This document shows positions 62,132 to 64,000 of a stretch of DNA of 64,000 nucleotides, piece by piece; positions within the stretch are counted from its first letter, which is position 1, and every line of letters begins with the position of its first letter. This stretch comes from Pseudomonadota bacterium (GTDB taxonomy: Bacteria > Desulfobacterota > Syntrophia > Syntrophales > UBA8958). Location of the stretch: assembly GCA_030057915.1 (NCBI GenBank), contig JASGUC010000036.1:21511-85510 (forward strand), in the 5' to 3' direction. The notes under the pieces were generated by a model, which was given only the letters and a program-made list of their open reading frames with translations, was not told the DNA's origin and did no database searches. Made by a program: the position numbers and the translations under genes.

Positions 62132-63289
62132 TCAGAAGGCGTCTTCGTAAATCGTCACCGCGTCTTCCAGGGTTACCGTCCGGGGGTTGTTCGCCAGGGG
62201 CCGGGCGACGGTGAGGGCGATCTTGGCCAACTCTTCGAAGGCCTCCTCCTCGATGCCCAGATTCTCCAGGTTCGTCTGGGCGTCACAGTCGGCGATCAGG
62301 GCATTGACGGCGTCCACGGCCAGGCCGGCCGCCTCCCTAAGGGGTATGTTTTCCACTACTTCCCCCATCGCCGCGGCGATGTCGGCGAATTTCTCCAGTG
62401 CCCCGGGGAGATTGTAGTTCATGACGTGGGGCAGGAGAACGGTGTTGGCCTGGCCGTGGGGGATGCCGTATCTTCCCCCCAGGGGATAGGACAGGGAATG
62501 GACGGCGGTGACACCGGCATTGGCCAGACCCAGACCGGCGTAAAGGCTCCCGAGGAGCATCTTTTCCCGGGCGGCGAGATTGGTCCCGTCATGGACGGCG
62601 GTGCGCAGGTTTTCGGAGATCAGGGCGATGGCCTCCAGGGAGATCAACTCGCTCAGCGGCGAGGCGTTGATGGAGGTGTAGGACTCGATGGCGTGGCAGA
62701 GGGCGTCGATCCCCGTGAATGCCGTGGGACCCGGGGGGAGGCTCACGGTGAGGAGCGGGTCCAGAAGGGCCAGTTCGGGGTAGAGGTAGGGGCTGTTCAT
62801 CCCCTCTTTCTTCTTCAGATCGGGACGGAGGAATACGGAGGTGAAGGTGACCTCGCTCCCCGTCCCCGCCGTGGTGGGGATCATGATCTTGGGGAGGCCC
62901 GGCCCGGGGACCTTGTTGAGCCCCAGGTAATCCACGGCCTTGCCCTTGTTGGTCGCCAGGACGGCCACGGCCTTGGCCACGTCCATGGCGCTGCCGCCGC
63001 CGATGCCCACCACGAGGTCGCACTTGGCCCTCTGGGCCAGCTTCGCCCCTTCGTCGGCCAGGGAGATCCCGGGCTCCGGATCGACTCGGGAGAACATCTC
63101 TCCCTTCAGGCCGCTCGTCTCCAGTAAATCCGCTACTTTATCCTCCAGACCCGTGGCGGCGAGTTCCTTGTCCATAACGATCAGGGGACGTTTCGCCCGG
63201 AGTTCTCCCATATGTTCCGGGAGCTGTTGCCACGCCCCCCGTCCGAAAACGATCTTCTTGGCCCCGGTAAAGGTAAAGATTCCGTCCAT
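62132..63289 (-). CDS. iron-containing alcohol dehydrogenase
   Basis: 385 aa with the Fe-ADH motif GIGGGSAMDVAKA and His-rich metal site. Start at MDGIFTF (ATG 63289); the track ORF extends to 63427. Confidence 0.88.
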   Translation of the reverse strand: MDGIFTFTGAKKIVFGRGAWQQLPEHMGELRAKRPLIVMDKELAATGLEDKVADLLETSGLKGEMFSRVDPEPGISLADEGAKLAQRAKCDLVVGIGGGSAMDVAKAVAVLATNKGKAVDYLGLNKVPGPGLPKIMIPTTAGTGSEVTFTSVFLRPDLKKKEGMNSPYLYPELALLDPLLTVSLPPGPTAFTGIDALCHAIESYTSINASPLSELISLEAIALISENLRTAVHDGTNLAAREKMLLGSLYAGLGLANAGVTAVHSLSYPLGGRYGIPHGQANTVLLPHVMNYNLPGALEKFADIAAAMGEVVENIPLREAAGLAVDAVNALIADCDAQTNLENLGIEEEAFEELAKIALTVARPLANNPRTVTLEDAVTIYEDAF

Positions 63290-63663
63290 GCGCTCATCCT
63301 CGTTTCGATTTCGGGCGATAGCCAGCGAACCGGCGCGCCCGTCGCCGTGCATCATACATAATGGGAGGCGATAGTCAAATGATTTATCATGATTGTCCAA
63401 GCCCCGCGAGGGATGAAAATGACTCAAGGGAGGCCGCCCGGAGACCCTATTAAGCGCTTTTCACGGGTCCCATGTATGGCGGAAATCGGCCGCCCGTATG
63501 GCGATCATTGACAGCGGCCACGGGTCCGGGAACACCCGAAAAGGGGGTTATCTTTCGCACCCGGTTGTGATACTAAAAACGGACTTGCCGGAAGAACGTA
63601 TTTCTTCGTATTCCCTTGAAAGAACAAATGTTCTCTGATACGTAAGATGTCACTCGCACGTGG

Positions 63664-64000
63664 ATGGAAATAGCGACAGCTTTTTTTTACTGTTACACGG
63701 ACAGAATCATGATGGGACGTGTAGAATTTCTCGAAGACCTTCCCTTTCCGGAAGCAAATATCGCCATTTACCGGAATATCTACTATGTAGAACAATGGCT
63801 AAGAAGAATTTTGATTACTGCACTATTTGCCAAGCATGGCGAGAAATGGCCTGACTCCATCCCTAATGAGATTCTGAGTGAACTGAAAAAGAGACGAGGT
63901 TCGCTCAAAGGAAGAATCTTTTTCGACACCGAAAACAACCCAAATGTCTTGTGGCTATCCACCTTTGAAGAACTCAGGAAGATATGTCTCAATCCGGAAT
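63664..64000 (+). CDS. 5' part of an ORF running off the window (not in the ORF track); N-terminus resembles a Swt1-like HEPN domain
   Basis: My own translation is (MEIATAFFYCYTDRI)MMGRVEFLEDLPFPEANIAIYRNIYYVEQWLRRILITALFAKHGEKWPDSIPNEILSELKKRRGSLKGRIFFDTENNPNVLWLSTFEELRKICLNPE, with no stop before 64000. Possible starts are 63664, 63709 or 63712. It lies in low-G+C DNA. Confidence 0.4.
   Translation, partial: MEIATAFFYCYTDRIMMGRVEFLEDLPFPEANIAIYRNIYYVEQWLRRILITALFAKHGEKWPDSIPNEILSELKKRRGSLKGRIFFDTENNPNVLWLSTFEELRKICLNPE

Noticed and set aside
63505-63992. Track ORFs 63505..63795(-), 63660..63854(+) and 63783..63992(-) in the right-edge low-G+C DNA.
   Set aside because: They are short, have implausible composition and overlap each other. 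The unlisted plus-strand frame that stays open to the window end gives a far more protein-like translation.

Overview
The window is about 64 kb of a high-G+C bacterial chromosome. Protein sequences look Desulfobacterota/deltaproteobacteria-like, but this is unverified. Almost all coding capacity is core metabolism and housekeeping:
- aroA(partial)-aroK-aroC-tyrA
- purA, serA and serC
- groES-groEL
- a DUF47/PiT phosphate-uptake pair next to a PAS hybrid histidine kinase
- leuCDB, ychF, htpX, ribF-nfi
- a large AsmA-like envelope protein
- pyrE, and a split methionine synthase (MetH core plus a stand-alone activation domain)
- mutM, an ABC1-family kinase, an ADP-forming acyl-CoA synthetase and an archease
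- the origin-proximal block rsmG-parA-parB-dnaA-dnaN-gyrB-gyrA (all on the minus strand)
- an LPS/sugar-nucleotide group: acyltransferase, kdsB, hldD, a DegT-type aminotransferase and an Fe-ADH

I do not recognise a complete multi-gene novel system (defence, secretion, biosynthetic).

The unusual content is mainly non-coding:
1. A 104-bp MITE-like element occurs in five copies, three with perfect 10-bp target-site duplications.
2. A dense family of ~130-bp GAGACC...GGTCTC-terminated repeats sits in nearly every intergenic gap over 100 bp. Some copies have 5-bp flanking duplications.
3. A hairpin repeat brackets metH in inverted orientation.
4. A 236/237-bp tandem duplication spans the aroC/tyrA junction.
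5. A heptamer satellite lies inside the sugar-gene cluster.
6. There are two low-G+C patches. One is a 0.8-kb islet at the 3' end of tRNA-Lys carrying small orphan ORFs. The other is at the right window edge, with an open ORF that looks like a Swt1-type HEPN N-terminus.

All calls come from reading the sequence and ORF track by eye. No searches were run.
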